From the NCBI GenBank assembly GCA_964019335.1, contig OZ025663.1, positions 186,001 to 250,000 on the forward strand: a DNA stretch of 64,000 nt, read 5' to 3'. Below the pieces are notes generated by a model. That model had not been told where the DNA came from. It did no database searches and saw nothing but the letters and a program-made list of their open reading frames with translations. Position 1 is the first letter of the stretch; the number at the start of each line of letters is the position of its first letter. This DNA comes from Diplonema japonicum (lineage: Eukaryota > Protista > Euglenozoa: Diplonemea). Of this stretch, positions 1-10,407 are shown in pieces. Made by a program: the position numbers and the translations under genes.

Positions 1-223
1 CCCATTTTACGCCAACAAATTATTGCTTGTAAACAATGGGGGGGAGAAGAAAAAAAAAAAAAAAAAAGGAAGGAGAAAAAAAAAAAAGGAAAAAAAAAAA
101 AGACAACGCTATTTTTTTTTTTTTTTTTTTTAAATCTTATTTTTTTTCTTCTTTCTACCGGAGGGGAGGGGTAAAAATTTTCAAAAAAAAAAGGGGGGGG
201 AGGGAAGAAGAAAAAAAAAAAAT

Positions 224-1375
224 ATGGCGAAAATCAGCGACTTCGAGGAAATCCTTCCGTTGCTGGAGAACGAGAGGCCGGATGTTAGAAAGCAAGTCCT
301 GAAGGTGATGTCGGGGTTCTTACAGCACGACAATATTATAGAGTACACCATCGAACACGGTTCGCAAAGCGTCAAAATGATAACAGAGATGATACAGCCA
401 GGCGACGCCTTCAAGACATATCTATCCGATGTTTTGCTAGTTCTGATCAACCTTTCCGACAAAGGCGCACTAGCACGAGCAATGCTGGACGTGAGGGTCG
501 TCCCGAGGACCATGCTTTTACTGGAAAAAGGTTCGCTGTCCTCCGGGCTTCAAGAACTATGTTTGATATTGATCGCAAACTTGACCAGCGTCACTGTGGA
601 AGCAGTGGAACATCTTTTACAAACGAACAATAAAGTTCTTGAAGGATACTATCTGTCACAGTTAATCCGCCGCTTTGTCGATGAACATGGCGATGCGAGT
701 AATCTACTTGTCAAACCTTCTGAAGCAGATGGGTTTGTTGGAGGTGGGAGGGACAGATCTAAATGGGTCGGATCCATTTTGGGAAATTGTGCGCAATGCG
801 AAGCCGGTCGGAAATTGTTAATCGACGACGATGAGTCTTTAAAGAAGTTCGCGGACCTTCTCAGCACGGAAGATACCCAACTCCGGCTTGCCGTAGCGTG
901 TTTAATCAAAAATATCCTTCACGACCCCGACACCCACCCGGCCCTTCTCCAGCAAGAAATCGGTGGTGCCTTAATGACCCGTATCATCGGAAGCGAAAAA
1001 GAAAAAAACGAGGAAATTCTTAACGTAATCGTTCATGCTGTGAAGTGTCTGTCTCTGTCCAAGCCCGGTGTTGATTTTCTAGACGGTGTCGGTGCCAAGG
1101 GAGAACTACGGGGTGTGGTAGAGTCCGTCCCCGATGCCATCAAACCAGAATTGCAAAAGATTATCGACGGCTTGGATGACGTTCAAGAAATCATACAAAT
1201 GGAGGAACCCGAACCCAAAAACGAGGAGCAGAAAAACAAAAAGAAACAGAAACCCATCCCCGCCGAATCGGGTGTCGAAGAACTGGACAGTGACGACGAT
1301 GGTGAAGAAATCGAGCTTGCGGCACTCGACGATGATGAGCTCGAAGCCGAAAAGGACATGGAAGATGTGGAGTAG
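224..1375 (+). CDS. HGH1: HGH1/FAM203-like ARM-repeat protein (eEF2 co-chaperone-like)
   Basis: 383-aa helical ORF after a poly(A) leader. N-terminus EEILPLLENERPDVRKQVL, internal ILGNCAQCEAGRKLL and an acidic tail resemble HGH1 proteins. Confidence 0.55.
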   Translation: MAKISDFEEILPLLENERPDVRKQVLKVMSGFLQHDNIIEYTIEHGSQSVKMITEMIQPGDAFKTYLSDVLLVLINLSDKGALARAMLDVRVVPRTMLLLEKGSLSSGLQELCLILIANLTSVTVEAVEHLLQTNNKVLEGYYLSQLIRRFVDEHGDASNLLVKPSEADGFVGGGRDRSKWVGSILGNCAQCEAGRKLLIDDDESLKKFADLLSTEDTQLRLAVACLIKNILHDPDTHPALLQQEIGGALMTRIIGSEKEKNEEILNVIVHAVKCLSLSKPGVDFLDGVGAKGELRGVVESVPDAIKPELQKIIDGLDDVQEIIQMEEPEPKNEEQKNKKKQKPIPAESGVEELDSDDDGEEIELAALDDDELEAEKDMEDVE

Positions 1376-1644
1376 ATTTTGATGGGGCCCGTGTGCGTTT
1401 TTTTTTTTTTTTTTTTTTTCTCTCTCTCTTTTTTTTTGTTCTCCAATCATATCATTTTTTTTTTGTTAGTTTCCCCTCCCCCCCTTTTTTTTTCTTTCTT
1501 TTTTTTTCCCCTTTTCATCTTCATTTATCTTCCCCACAAGATGATATGGGAAAAAAAAAAAAAAAAAAAAATAGTTTTTCGTTTTCATTTTTTTTTCTTC
1601 TTGCGGAAAGCAAAAAAAAAAAAACCAGGTAAAAAAAAAAAAAA

Positions 1645-3882
1645 ATGAATACCATACGATCGATTGGGAAGGGTGCAGGCCAGTTGTCAGCAGTGGGCGA
1701 TCACACTTTAGATGCCGAGTTCAATGTGATATATATGTGTGTGAACAGGGCTTTGAAGCAAGCGCAACCACGGGACACGGGAATCGGGATGGAACTGGAA
1801 ATAATAATGAAGGCCCTGAAGCGGCTCTCACTCGAGGTGGGGAAGATGATAAAAGACAAAAAAGAACGATGCGAGGAAATGAAAATGGTCCGCAAGGGTC
1901 TAGAAACCAAACAAGAGATGGTCGAAGACCTACAATGCGAAGTCGCCAAAGTACGCGTAGAGCTCGAAGCAGCAATGGACCCTGCAAACATGAGGATAAA
2001 GCTGGCTTCACTCCGAGTTGCGGAACAAAGGGAATACCAAGAGCATCTGAACCGGCAATATGAAGCTTCAATGATAGCACATTCCAATCTGACCTCGCTC
2101 CGAAATAAAAAAAAACTACTATTAAGCAAAGCGGAGAGACGGCAGACACGCTTCAGCACAAGGTTATCCCTCACAGACGCCCTCATCGCTGCTGTGATCT
2201 GCGTCCTTCGGATCGAAACACCATTTCTCATAGCTACTCGGGAGACAGAGTTGCGTCGTACCAACGGTGTTGTAGAAGTCCCGCCTGGTGCTGCGTGTGA
2301 CAAGGACGTCTTCTGGTTACGGGATGCTCTTATCGTAACTGACAACCATGCGGATGAAGTATCCCGCCCCCTTCCTCAAGAAGGGCTTCCCAGTTATTTT
2401 GCTGATTATAGTATACCGGACAACCCTGATTTCGCACCACCTGGGCATTGGACTACCTTCTCGACAAATGTGTTTGCCGACGCACCGCCAAGTCTTCGTG
2501 TAAAACGCAGTGTCCGTGAAGGAGATGGTTTTGCTTCCCAAAACGGGCGTAAGTGCGAGTCTCGCCGTGCGTCCGTTGCATCTGCTGATGAGCCTCAGTA
2601 CCTCGACACATTTCTGTCTTCGTCGGAAAGCTTTCAAACTGTCCTCACCTCGCCTGTTTTACCAATGCACGCAAAGCCCCTTGCAAAGCCGCGGCGTATT
2701 TCCAATCTTTGGCAGGAAGCGCTGGACTCCGACTCCTCCGACGACACCGCCGCAACTGTCACAGTTGTGAACGGCGTTCGGCGTGTGACAAAGATCGACG
2801 AGAAGAAAACCTTCTGGGGGCTGGCCGTCTTTACCTTCCAGTACGCCAGGGGTGTTTTTCAACTGAAGGTCGACATGGCGAGTTTATCACGCCACCCCCT
2901 TGCGTCACTCGCAAAGCAAGCGGCACAGTACGGCGTCGAGTCTTTGCACGAAAAGATGCTGCGCCTGTCCGCACCCGTCATCTCGCTGACCGACATCCTG
3001 TTCTGCGACAAGCTGCAGGATGCGCTTGAGGAGCAACACACCGCCGCTCAGGTTGCTAAAAACCGCGAGGCAGGTTGTTCACCTAACGAAGCGCCCTCCT
3101 TCACAAATTACAAGTTGACCGAATCGGGGATGCAGTCCAGTTTAAAAGCAGCTACCAGGAAGGAAGGTCTGAAGAAGGGAGCACCTGTGGTGGTGCTGCA
3201 GAAGAGGTTTAGACAGCGTGGTTGTATTGAACATGTGGGGACAGATTTTGGCAGCATGGCGTGGGTGAACCCTTACTATGATAGGACTGTGGTGGCACAG
3301 GCATCGTCAGTCGGGCGGCCGCCTGCTGTGATAGCTGCCGTGACGGCGAAACACGTCGACGCTCCGCAGTTGCCGATTCCTTACTTCTGCACTGCCAACG
3401 AGCCCCTGCAGTCTGTTACTATCAACATCGGCACATCAGTCGTCATCCCACAGGCCTACTCCTTCGCCTCGGCACGGCCCATCATGGCTGGGCTCTTCCC
3501 CCGTTCTTGGCGCTTCGAAGGCTCTCTAAACGGCGAGCACTGGGATCTCCTCCGTCGCCATGTCGACGACACGACCATCATGAAGGACAACCCATACGGT
3601 TTGTGGTCTCTCCCCTCGTTTGCCGCTTCGCAGTCACAGCCCTTAGGATGCTATTACAAGTACTTCCGCATCACCCAAGAAGGCCCCAACAGCATGGGAT
3701 CCCACGAGCTTCAAATCTCCTGTTTTGAAGTGTACGGCCGCCTCCTCACTGTCCATCCATACTGCCGCAAGAAAGAGCACCCCGTGCCTTTGGCTGCGCA
3801 GCGACCAGCCGCACCTGACCTTCTCCCGATGCCGCAAGAAGAGCTTGCAAGCAAAAAGAAAAAGAAAAAGAAGAAAAAGTAA
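1645..3882 (+). CDS. Coiled-coil protein with C-terminal galactose-binding-like (F5/8C / HECTD1 SUN-like) domain
   Basis: 745-aa ORF. C-terminal motifs PRSWRFEGSLNGEHWDLLRRH and YFRITQEGPN...LQISCFEVYG are typical of this beta-sandwich domain. Confidence 0.7.
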   Translation: MNTIRSIGKGAGQLSAVGDHTLDAEFNVIYMCVNRALKQAQPRDTGIGMELEIIMKALKRLSLEVGKMIKDKKERCEEMKMVRKGLETKQEMVEDLQCEVAKVRVELEAAMDPANMRIKLASLRVAEQREYQEHLNRQYEASMIAHSNLTSLRNKKKLLLSKAERRQTRFSTRLSLTDALIAAVICVLRIETPFLIATRETELRRTNGVVEVPPGAACDKDVFWLRDALIVTDNHADEVSRPLPQEGLPSYFADYSIPDNPDFAPPGHWTTFSTNVFADAPPSLRVKRSVREGDGFASQNGRKCESRRASVASADEPQYLDTFLSSSESFQTVLTSPVLPMHAKPLAKPRRISNLWQEALDSDSSDDTAATVTVVNGVRRVTKIDEKKTFWGLAVFTFQYARGVFQLKVDMASLSRHPLASLAKQAAQYGVESLHEKMLRLSAPVISLTDILFCDKLQDALEEQHTAAQVAKNREAGCSPNEAPSFTNYKLTESGMQSSLKAATRKEGLKKGAPVVVLQKRFRQRGCIEHVGTDFGSMAWVNPYYDRTVVAQASSVGRPPAVIAAVTAKHVDAPQLPIPYFCTANEPLQSVTINIGTSVVIPQAYSFASARPIMAGLFPRSWRFEGSLNGEHWDLLRRHVDDTTIMKDNPYGLWSLPSFAASQSQPLGCYYKYFRITQEGPNSMGSHELQISCFEVYGRLLTVHPYCRKKEHPVPLAAQRPAAPDLLPMPQEELASKKKKKKKKK

Positions 3883-3952
3883 CACCTTCTGGTGCCGATA
3901 CCGTAACCTATTGAGATGTTGCTTTGTTTGGCGCGCTTAGTCACCGCAGTAT

Positions 3953-5488
3953 ATGGCCGTTCATGCCGTGGAAGCTCTTGCCCGGTTAGGGGGGTCCTTC
4001 AATGTTAAGGAGGAGCGCAAGTTCCGTGTTGAACACCACGAGGACAATGGAGAAGGCTGCCATGAGGTTGTCGTTGGGAAGGTCACGACGTTAGTCGAGG
4101 ACGGGTGCATGAAAGTGGCAAAAAGCGGTGTGCGGAAAGCTTGTAAGAGGATGACGTTTCAGGGCGCAGCCAATTGTCTGGTACTGTCCCACGGTGAGGC
4201 GGGGAGCACCAAGATAAACTTGCCTCAAGAGGACAGAGCAGAGCTGCTTGCTTCGTTCCGAGGACTTGCTGCCCTCAGCAAGGTGCCACATAACATACCG
4301 ACCGACAACAATTGTGTGCGTGCTCTGAGCCAACAGGAGTTGAGACGGCAGCTGAAGCTACTAGAGTCACATGTGCCCACAGAAGTAGAGATCGCAGAAG
4401 AAGAGCACAATGAGCAACAACTGATTCTATGGGAAGACAGGTGCGAGCTGTTGCGGCAGATTGCGTGCATCAAGCAGAGGCTGCGGCAGGCAAGGGAGCA
4501 CGACAAGAGCCGGCGGGAAGATGTCGCGAACAAGGTGCGGCTGGAGAAAGAGAATGAAAGCAAGAAAGCGTTGAAGGTTTCTACCACGAAGCAAAGGAGA
4601 GCGGAGCGCCGCATGCTGATACAAAAGGACTGCCTTATGCATGCAAGGATGCAACGAGAGGACGCATGGCTGGCGAGCAGCAGGGCGGCGGCATTGACAC
4701 GTGCTCTTGTGAAGTATGACGCAGACGAGAAAGCAGAAATGAAACGCGAGCATCATGATTTACTCTTGTTGAACCTGCAGCAAAAACGAACAGGAACACA
4801 ACAGGAGACGATCCAGAGGAACCTGCAGTCGGTCCTGTCGCACAGGGAGAGGCTGCTGGCGCTGAACGAGTACCGCACGATGAAGAGGTGTGACTTACTG
4901 GAATCGCTCTCGAGCAAGGCGAACAGGAAAAGTCGACAGCCCATCCCACTCGTGTCGGACCCTACTGTGGATAGGTACGCCGCCATCACCCAGAAACAAG
5001 AGCAAGTGTTTAACAAGATACTCAGCAAGGAAGACGCCATTGGGCAGTCACGAGAACGGCGTGAGAACGCTCTCTCTGAGGCGAAGCAATCCCAAGTAAC
5101 AAAGACGCTTCTGCGACAACTGCATGCAAGGAGTGCTGCTGATGAAGTTGTGACGAGCAAGCTGTCGCACCTGGTGTCCTCTTTAGAGAACAAAAGCTCA
5201 AAACACGGGAGATTCCTGGAAGAGAAAAAAACCGAAAAACAACGACGTCAGGAGGCAAGGAAGCTCCGCGAGCAGGCCCTCCTCGTGAAGCGCGACAATG
5301 CAGCTCTTAGGAAACAACAACTGGAAGAGGACAAGGCGGCTACTGTGAAGAAAAAGACCCACTTGAGGCTCGCACGCGTTGTTACGCGCATTATTCCCAA
5401 CGACGTGGAGCGACCCTCCACGGTCCCCCCTCACGTCGAGAGCAAGGCACCTGCACCACCATTGCCGCTGCAAACCGCTGAAGAGTAA
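3953..5488 (+). CDS. Hypothetical coiled-coil protein
   Basis: 511-aa ATG-initiated ORF with a long E/K/R/Q-rich heptad region; no family recognised. Confidence 0.75.
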   Translation: MAVHAVEALARLGGSFNVKEERKFRVEHHEDNGEGCHEVVVGKVTTLVEDGCMKVAKSGVRKACKRMTFQGAANCLVLSHGEAGSTKINLPQEDRAELLASFRGLAALSKVPHNIPTDNNCVRALSQQELRRQLKLLESHVPTEVEIAEEEHNEQQLILWEDRCELLRQIACIKQRLRQAREHDKSRREDVANKVRLEKENESKKALKVSTTKQRRAERRMLIQKDCLMHARMQREDAWLASSRAAALTRALVKYDADEKAEMKREHHDLLLLNLQQKRTGTQQETIQRNLQSVLSHRERLLALNEYRTMKRCDLLESLSSKANRKSRQPIPLVSDPTVDRYAAITQKQEQVFNKILSKEDAIGQSRERRENALSEAKQSQVTKTLLRQLHARSAADEVVTSKLSHLVSSLENKSSKHGRFLEEKKTEKQRRQEARKLREQALLVKRDNAALRKQQLEEDKAATVKKKTHLRLARVVTRIIPNDVERPSTVPPHVESKAPAPPLPLQTAEE

Positions 5489-5689
5489 TTCCTGAGTTAT
5501 TGTAAGCACGCGTCCGACCTCAAACAAAACAGGCCCCTTTTATTATTATTATTTTGTTCTTTTCCTTCTTCGTTGTTTTCAGTATCCTCTAAACAAGACA
5601 AAGGTGGTGATTTCCATCACCGCCAGTCCCCTTTAGCACTCCGTGTATACTGTGCTTGCGTCACATAAATTATAACTATCACAGGAGGG

Positions 5690-8077
5690 ATGCCGCCAAA
5701 AATACCAAAGGCACCGTCCCCGAAAGCGGCTAAGCCAGCTGGCAAGGCATCACGATCGCCATCTCCGAAAGCGGCTAAACCAGCCGGCAAGACGTCACGA
5801 TCGCCCTCCCCAAAGAAAGCAGACAAGAAGCCTGGTGGTAAGAAGGCTCCATCGAAGACTCTGAAGGTGCAGCTGATTGGGGACGAGTGGAACTACGACG
5901 CAGGTATCGTGGTCGAGGCTGACAAGACCAAACCGTTGGAAGAATGTCTAAACAGCATACAGCAGGCCTTAGAGGTGCCATCTCTGGAGCACATCAAGTT
6001 CTATAAAACAACAGGGGAGAAGGACCAGGCTACAAAGTCCAAAATCCGTGTTGCCCTCGAAAAGACCCCAACGGAACTGAAGTTCGGCGCCCTCACCTCT
6101 GTGATCATCTACGCCAAGGTGGACTACAAAGCGCAGGGCCTTGTCCTCTATCTAACGGGGAAGGAATGGCCGTTTAGCGAGAAGCGATGTTTGATATGCC
6201 CCATGGATGTACCCCTCAAGACTCTGGTACCTGAGATATGCAAGCAACTCGATGTTGGGGAGTTGTCGCTGCTCACGGCCATGTGGGGGGAGGGCACACC
6301 GCCTGAGATAAGGCCGTCTGAACACGCGGTACCGCTTGCTAAGTCACCCGCACAAATGGGCATCTCCGGTGAGGCATTGATATGGTTTGCTATGGGCGAT
6401 GAAGTGGACTCCGTGAGGACCAGGGCGTCCAAGATCCCGCTGCCTGTCCCGGTGCCTGCTCTGCACAGGGCCCCGCACCCCAACCACGCGACCCTCCTCT
6501 ATGACGGTCATTCGTTCGATGTTGTCTCCCGCTGGCGCCTCCCGCCCCCCGACCCGAAGGTCGTATACTTCAACGACGACGACATGCCTGTGCCTGAGCC
6601 TGCTGCCGATCTTGTCGACAAGCTCCTGGCCCGCTGGGAGGAAGTCTGCCCTGAGCGTGCTGTGCATCGAGAAGAAGCCAAACGTGTGCTTGCCAGATAC
6701 CACGACAGGGAGGACGCTCTCTTCAAAGACCTGCAGACCGTGCCCCACACCGTGTTCCCATGGGGCCAAGGCCATGACTCGAAACAGCGAAGCTCCACAT
6801 TAAAACAAGTGCCACAGATGGATATCACGAAAGAGATGAAAAACAGACTGTGGGAGACACGAAAGATGCAAACGTGGGACGAGTGGAAGGACCACGTGCA
6901 TGATGTCAGAACAGAAGGGACTGTCCCTCTAAGCGACGCTGTGGTCACTGCGGGACTGTGTCTCGTCTCAGCGCTCTGCAGCAGGCTGTGGTGGGCACCT
7001 CCGTGGAGGAAGCAGGTCTTCATTAAAGGCGTTGAGACGAAAGAAGCAGCCATTGGAAGGTTCCACAGTGCTGTTGCCAAGAGGCGCAAGATACTAAAGG
7101 CTGTGCTCACCTCGCCGACAGCATCTCTGCTGGACCAAGACATAAGGGTCCTCATCTCGAAGATGGCCATTCCTAACCGAGACCTACCTGTGCAGCCTAT
7201 TGTTGAAGAGTTCAGGGAGCTCCAGCAGGTTCTCACGATGGTGGCGCACATACATACCTTTATGGCAGCCTGTGAGGTGGACCTGCGCAGCCGGATCGAG
7301 CGATACGCCTCATCGCCTTTGAGGGAGCGCGCGACATTTTCACCCTCCCCGAGGAGAGATGCACTTCCTGTGGATTTTGAGTCCCCATTAAGAACATCTG
7401 AAAGGGCTTCCGACAGAAATATGAGCCAAACACCAAGGAGCGGGTCACCTCGCCCACGGTCCCCGGTACGCTGGTCGGAGTCGCCTGTGAGGCTGCACCG
7501 AAGCAATTCGGATTTGGATCTTCTACCGAAAGGGAGGAAACCTTTAAAGTCACGGTCAGTGCGGAAGTCCGAGCCCCAGGAGGCAGAGAGGGAGGTGCGT
7601 GCACCATCACTCCCGGTCTCAGCTGCCACGTCAGAAATGGAAGCTGGGGTGCGTTTTATGTTGGACTCATTCTATGCCTTGCACTGCCCGTCGGGCATGT
7701 ACAAAGTTGAGGCATTGGTAGTGACCATTCTTAATGACCATTCTTATGGGACCGCCCAGTCGCGGCTTGCCGAGGTGGTGACTCGCATGTGCCATAAATA
7801 CGGGCAACGAGCGGGGGACTGGATCCCGCAACGTGCCGTCCCCTCTCTAGCCCTCACCCGCCACACTCTTGAGTCCTTCCACACTGCCTATGACCCTGAC
7901 AATGTGCCGAAAGCTTCAGTCATTGCACATGAAATCGTTACCGGCCCTTCCCCCTTTGCAACCCTCAGGCAAGTTATCAAGTCCCTTTGTGAGCGCTGGG
8001 CGCACAATGGAGCGCACCCTGACGACTGGCTGGGGCCGTACCCCCCTTGTCTTCAACTGCTCCACCACCCACTGTAG
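5690..8077 (+). CDS. Hypothetical multidomain protein (SPK-rich N-terminus, two ubiquitin/SUMO-like segments, repeated helical motif)
   Basis: 795-aa ORF with a duplicated SPKAAKPAGK unit, two similar ~75-aa segments ending KTPTELKF / KSPAQMGI, and three related helical motifs. Confidence 0.7.
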   Translation: MPPKIPKAPSPKAAKPAGKASRSPSPKAAKPAGKTSRSPSPKKADKKPGGKKAPSKTLKVQLIGDEWNYDAGIVVEADKTKPLEECLNSIQQALEVPSLEHIKFYKTTGEKDQATKSKIRVALEKTPTELKFGALTSVIIYAKVDYKAQGLVLYLTGKEWPFSEKRCLICPMDVPLKTLVPEICKQLDVGELSLLTAMWGEGTPPEIRPSEHAVPLAKSPAQMGISGEALIWFAMGDEVDSVRTRASKIPLPVPVPALHRAPHPNHATLLYDGHSFDVVSRWRLPPPDPKVVYFNDDDMPVPEPAADLVDKLLARWEEVCPERAVHREEAKRVLARYHDREDALFKDLQTVPHTVFPWGQGHDSKQRSSTLKQVPQMDITKEMKNRLWETRKMQTWDEWKDHVHDVRTEGTVPLSDAVVTAGLCLVSALCSRLWWAPPWRKQVFIKGVETKEAAIGRFHSAVAKRRKILKAVLTSPTASLLDQDIRVLISKMAIPNRDLPVQPIVEEFRELQQVLTMVAHIHTFMAACEVDLRSRIERYASSPLRERATFSPSPRRDALPVDFESPLRTSERASDRNMSQTPRSGSPRPRSPVRWSESPVRLHRSNSDLDLLPKGRKPLKSRSVRKSEPQEAEREVRAPSLPVSAATSEMEAGVRFMLDSFYALHCPSGMYKVEALVVTILNDHSYGTAQSRLAEVVTRMCHKYGQRAGDWIPQRAVPSLALTRHTLESFHTAYDPDNVPKASVIAHEIVTGPSPFATLRQVIKSLCERWAHNGAHPDDWLGPYPPCLQLLHHPL

Positions 8078-8161
8078 TTCCATGTAGTTATTGTAGTCGC
8101 TTAGCATACATTCATTAAAACCAACAACAGACACCTTTCATTTTCTCTTAATACACAAGCA

Positions 8162-8374
8162 ATGGACGCAGGTTTCGGATCCTCGTTCATGGGTGGGATG
8201 AGCACCGTTGGCCACACGATGGAAGGGTTTGCTGAGAGCTCTGCTGATATGCTTGGGAAGGCGAGCTCCAGGACACGTGCTGCGAGGGATGTGTGTGGGG
8301 GCAAGACGACCCACAAGATCCAGAAGAGGACCTGCAAGAGGATCTGCAGGATCGTGTCACCCCGCCGTCGTTAA
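8162..8374 (+). CDS. 70-aa Cys/Arg-rich microprotein, copy 1
   Basis: Five near-identical copies in the window; most differences are third-position synonymous or K/R swaps in this frame. Confidence 0.8.
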   Translation: MDAGFGSSFMGGMSTVGHTMEGFAESSADMLGKASSRTRAARDVCGGKTTHKIQKRTCKRICRIVSPRRR

Positions 8375-8529
8375 TTTTCCGGGTTCATTTCCTCTTTTTG
8401 CATACACGCCAGTAGGTCACTACTGCCTTATACCAACATATAATTAAACGACTTATTTTTTCTTCTTCTTTTTTTCTTGCTGTCGTTGTGAACACTTTGT
8501 AGCAATACTTACACTACAACAACAACAAA

Positions 8530-8742
8530 ATGGACGCCGGTTTCGGATCCTCGTTCATGGGTGGGATGAGCACCGTTGGCCACACGATGGAAGGGTTTGC
8601 TGAGAGCTCTGCTGATATGCTTGGGAGGGCGAGCTCCAAGACACGTGCTGCGAGGGATGTGTGTGGGGGCAAGACGACCCACAAGATCCAGAAGAGGACC
8701 TGCAAGAGGATCTGCAGGATCGTGTCACCCCGCCGTCGTTAG
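8530..8742 (+). CDS. 70-aa Cys/Arg-rich microprotein, copy 2
   Basis: As copy 1; preceded by a pyrimidine tract, an AG and a CAA-rich leader. Confidence 0.8.
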   Translation: MDAGFGSSFMGGMSTVGHTMEGFAESSADMLGRASSKTRAARDVCGGKTTHKIQKRTCKRICRIVSPRRR

Positions 8743-8876
8743 AATACAACAATACACACTTTTACACATGGCCCTTTGTCACCCCCCTTTTTTTATCTAT
8801 TGTTTCCACTGGAATTGCATGTATCAAGAGGAAAAAAAGAAAGTAACCCCACACAGACGATAAGCACCTACGCACA

Positions 8877-9089
8877 ATGGACGCCGGTTTCGGATCCTCG
8901 TTCATGGGCGGGATGAGCACCGTTGGCCACACGATGGAAGGGTTTGCTGAGAGCTCTGCTGACATGCTTGGGAGGGCGAGCTCCAAGACACGTGCTGCGA
9001 GGGATGTGTGTGGGGGCAAGACGACCCACAAGATCCAGAAGAGGACCTGCAAGAGGATCTGCAGGATCGTGTCACCCCGCCGTCGTTAG
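8877..9089 (+). CDS. 70-aa Cys/Arg-rich microprotein, copy 3
   Basis: Protein identical to copies 2 and 5. Confidence 0.8.
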   Translation: MDAGFGSSFMGGMSTVGHTMEGFAESSADMLGRASSKTRAARDVCGGKTTHKIQKRTCKRICRIVSPRRR

Positions 9090-9249
9090 AGGCCAACCAT
9101 ACACATATTATTGTTATTTTTTTTTTTTAATTTACACGACTAAGTCTTATTGTTCTTCTTTCATTCTTTTTTTTTTTTTTTTTTTTTTTTGTGTGTTGTG
9201 ACCGGCTTCTGACAGCACTTCAGGCTTTATTTTAAATCTCCGCAACAAA

Positions 9250-9744
9250 ATGAAGATCTTCATCGCGAACCTCCTGTTTCTTGCATGCGTCATGAGTGCC
9301 AATGGGTTCCAACTAAGGACTGACCCGACCAACTCGTGCAGAGCATATGGGAACGCAACAACTTACGACATCAGCAAGGTGATGGACTGGCCTGTGAAGT
9401 TGCAGGGCGGGGGGTACGAGTTTATCTTTGACCCTTGCACTGGTGTTCCGTGTCCTGGGCAGCAAGGCAACAACATTGCAGTCTGCCAAGCAGCTGACAT
9501 CCACTGGCCTTGTGGAACCACGAATGGCACCATATGGATGATGTCGTATGTAAGCTACACACAGTGGAAGATTCTGTACCCGAATGGGGTGAACTTCAGG
9601 GCCACAGTGGTCACCTTCACGGTCGACAGCAACGCCACGAAGACTACCATCAAGGCCCTCCCTGAGGAGAACCTTCTCTACAATTTCGAAATCAAGGGAA
9701 AATGCCTCGGGCAGCCCTTTAGCCCCGCTGAGTGCAACAACTGA
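9250..9744 (+). CDS. Secreted mannose-6-phosphate-receptor-homology (MRH)-like protein
   Basis: Signal-peptide-like N-terminus (MKIFIANLLFLACVMSANG); YDIS...YEFIFDPC...AVCQ...CG...LYPNG...RATVVTF...YNFEIKGKC pattern; no TM anchor. Confidence 0.6.
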   Translation: MKIFIANLLFLACVMSANGFQLRTDPTNSCRAYGNATTYDISKVMDWPVKLQGGGYEFIFDPCTGVPCPGQQGNNIAVCQAADIHWPCGTTNGTIWMMSYVSYTQWKILYPNGVNFRATVVTFTVDSNATKTTIKALPEENLLYNFEIKGKCLGQPFSPAECNN

Positions 9745-10407
9745 TGAACTGAACGCTGAAACGCTGAGCGCTGAGCGCTGAACTGATATATACGTTGAAA
9801 CGAAGAAGAAAAAAAGTTGAGGGGGGGAAATGAGAAAAAAAAGAAAAAAAAAACAAAAAAAAAAAAAACAAAAAAACTGATGTATAAAAAGTATTCTTTT
9901 TTTCTGTTCCCCCCTTTTTCTTCTTCTTGTATGTTTCCATAGAAGCTGGAATGAACGCAAAAATCTAATTTCTTGTGCAGGGCACCTACACTGGCCTTCT
10001 TTATCTCTTATAATTTTCGTGTTCTCTTTTGTTTTTGTTTTGTTTTGTTCTTCTTCTTCTCTTTCCTCATCTATTGTTGCATGTGTCACAACGACGGTGT
10101 TCTTTTCTCTTCCTTCTTTCTTTTCTTCTTCTTCTTCTTCTTCTTCTTTGTGGCACTGGAAATGGCGCACTGGCTGCATTTTCATTCACAGACCACTACT
10201 TGGACTGAATTGACACCCCCCCTTTAAAAAAGCCAGGGGTGCCGTCAAATCAGCCGTTCTGCACCCTTTTCTTTTTAGTTCCTCCCCTGCACACTGAAAC
10301 TTTTATCGAATTTCCTTTGTTTTGTTTTCTTTGTTCTTCTCTGGGGAAGGGGGGGGGAATTAAAAAAAAAAAGGTTACACATAAAAAAAAAAAAAGAAAC
10401 CAAACAA

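Noticed and set aside
9742-9786. TGATGA...CTGA resembling a box C/D snoRNA
   Set aside because: Only ~45 nt, overlaps the stop codon and is made of a short (CGCTGA)-type tandem repeat.
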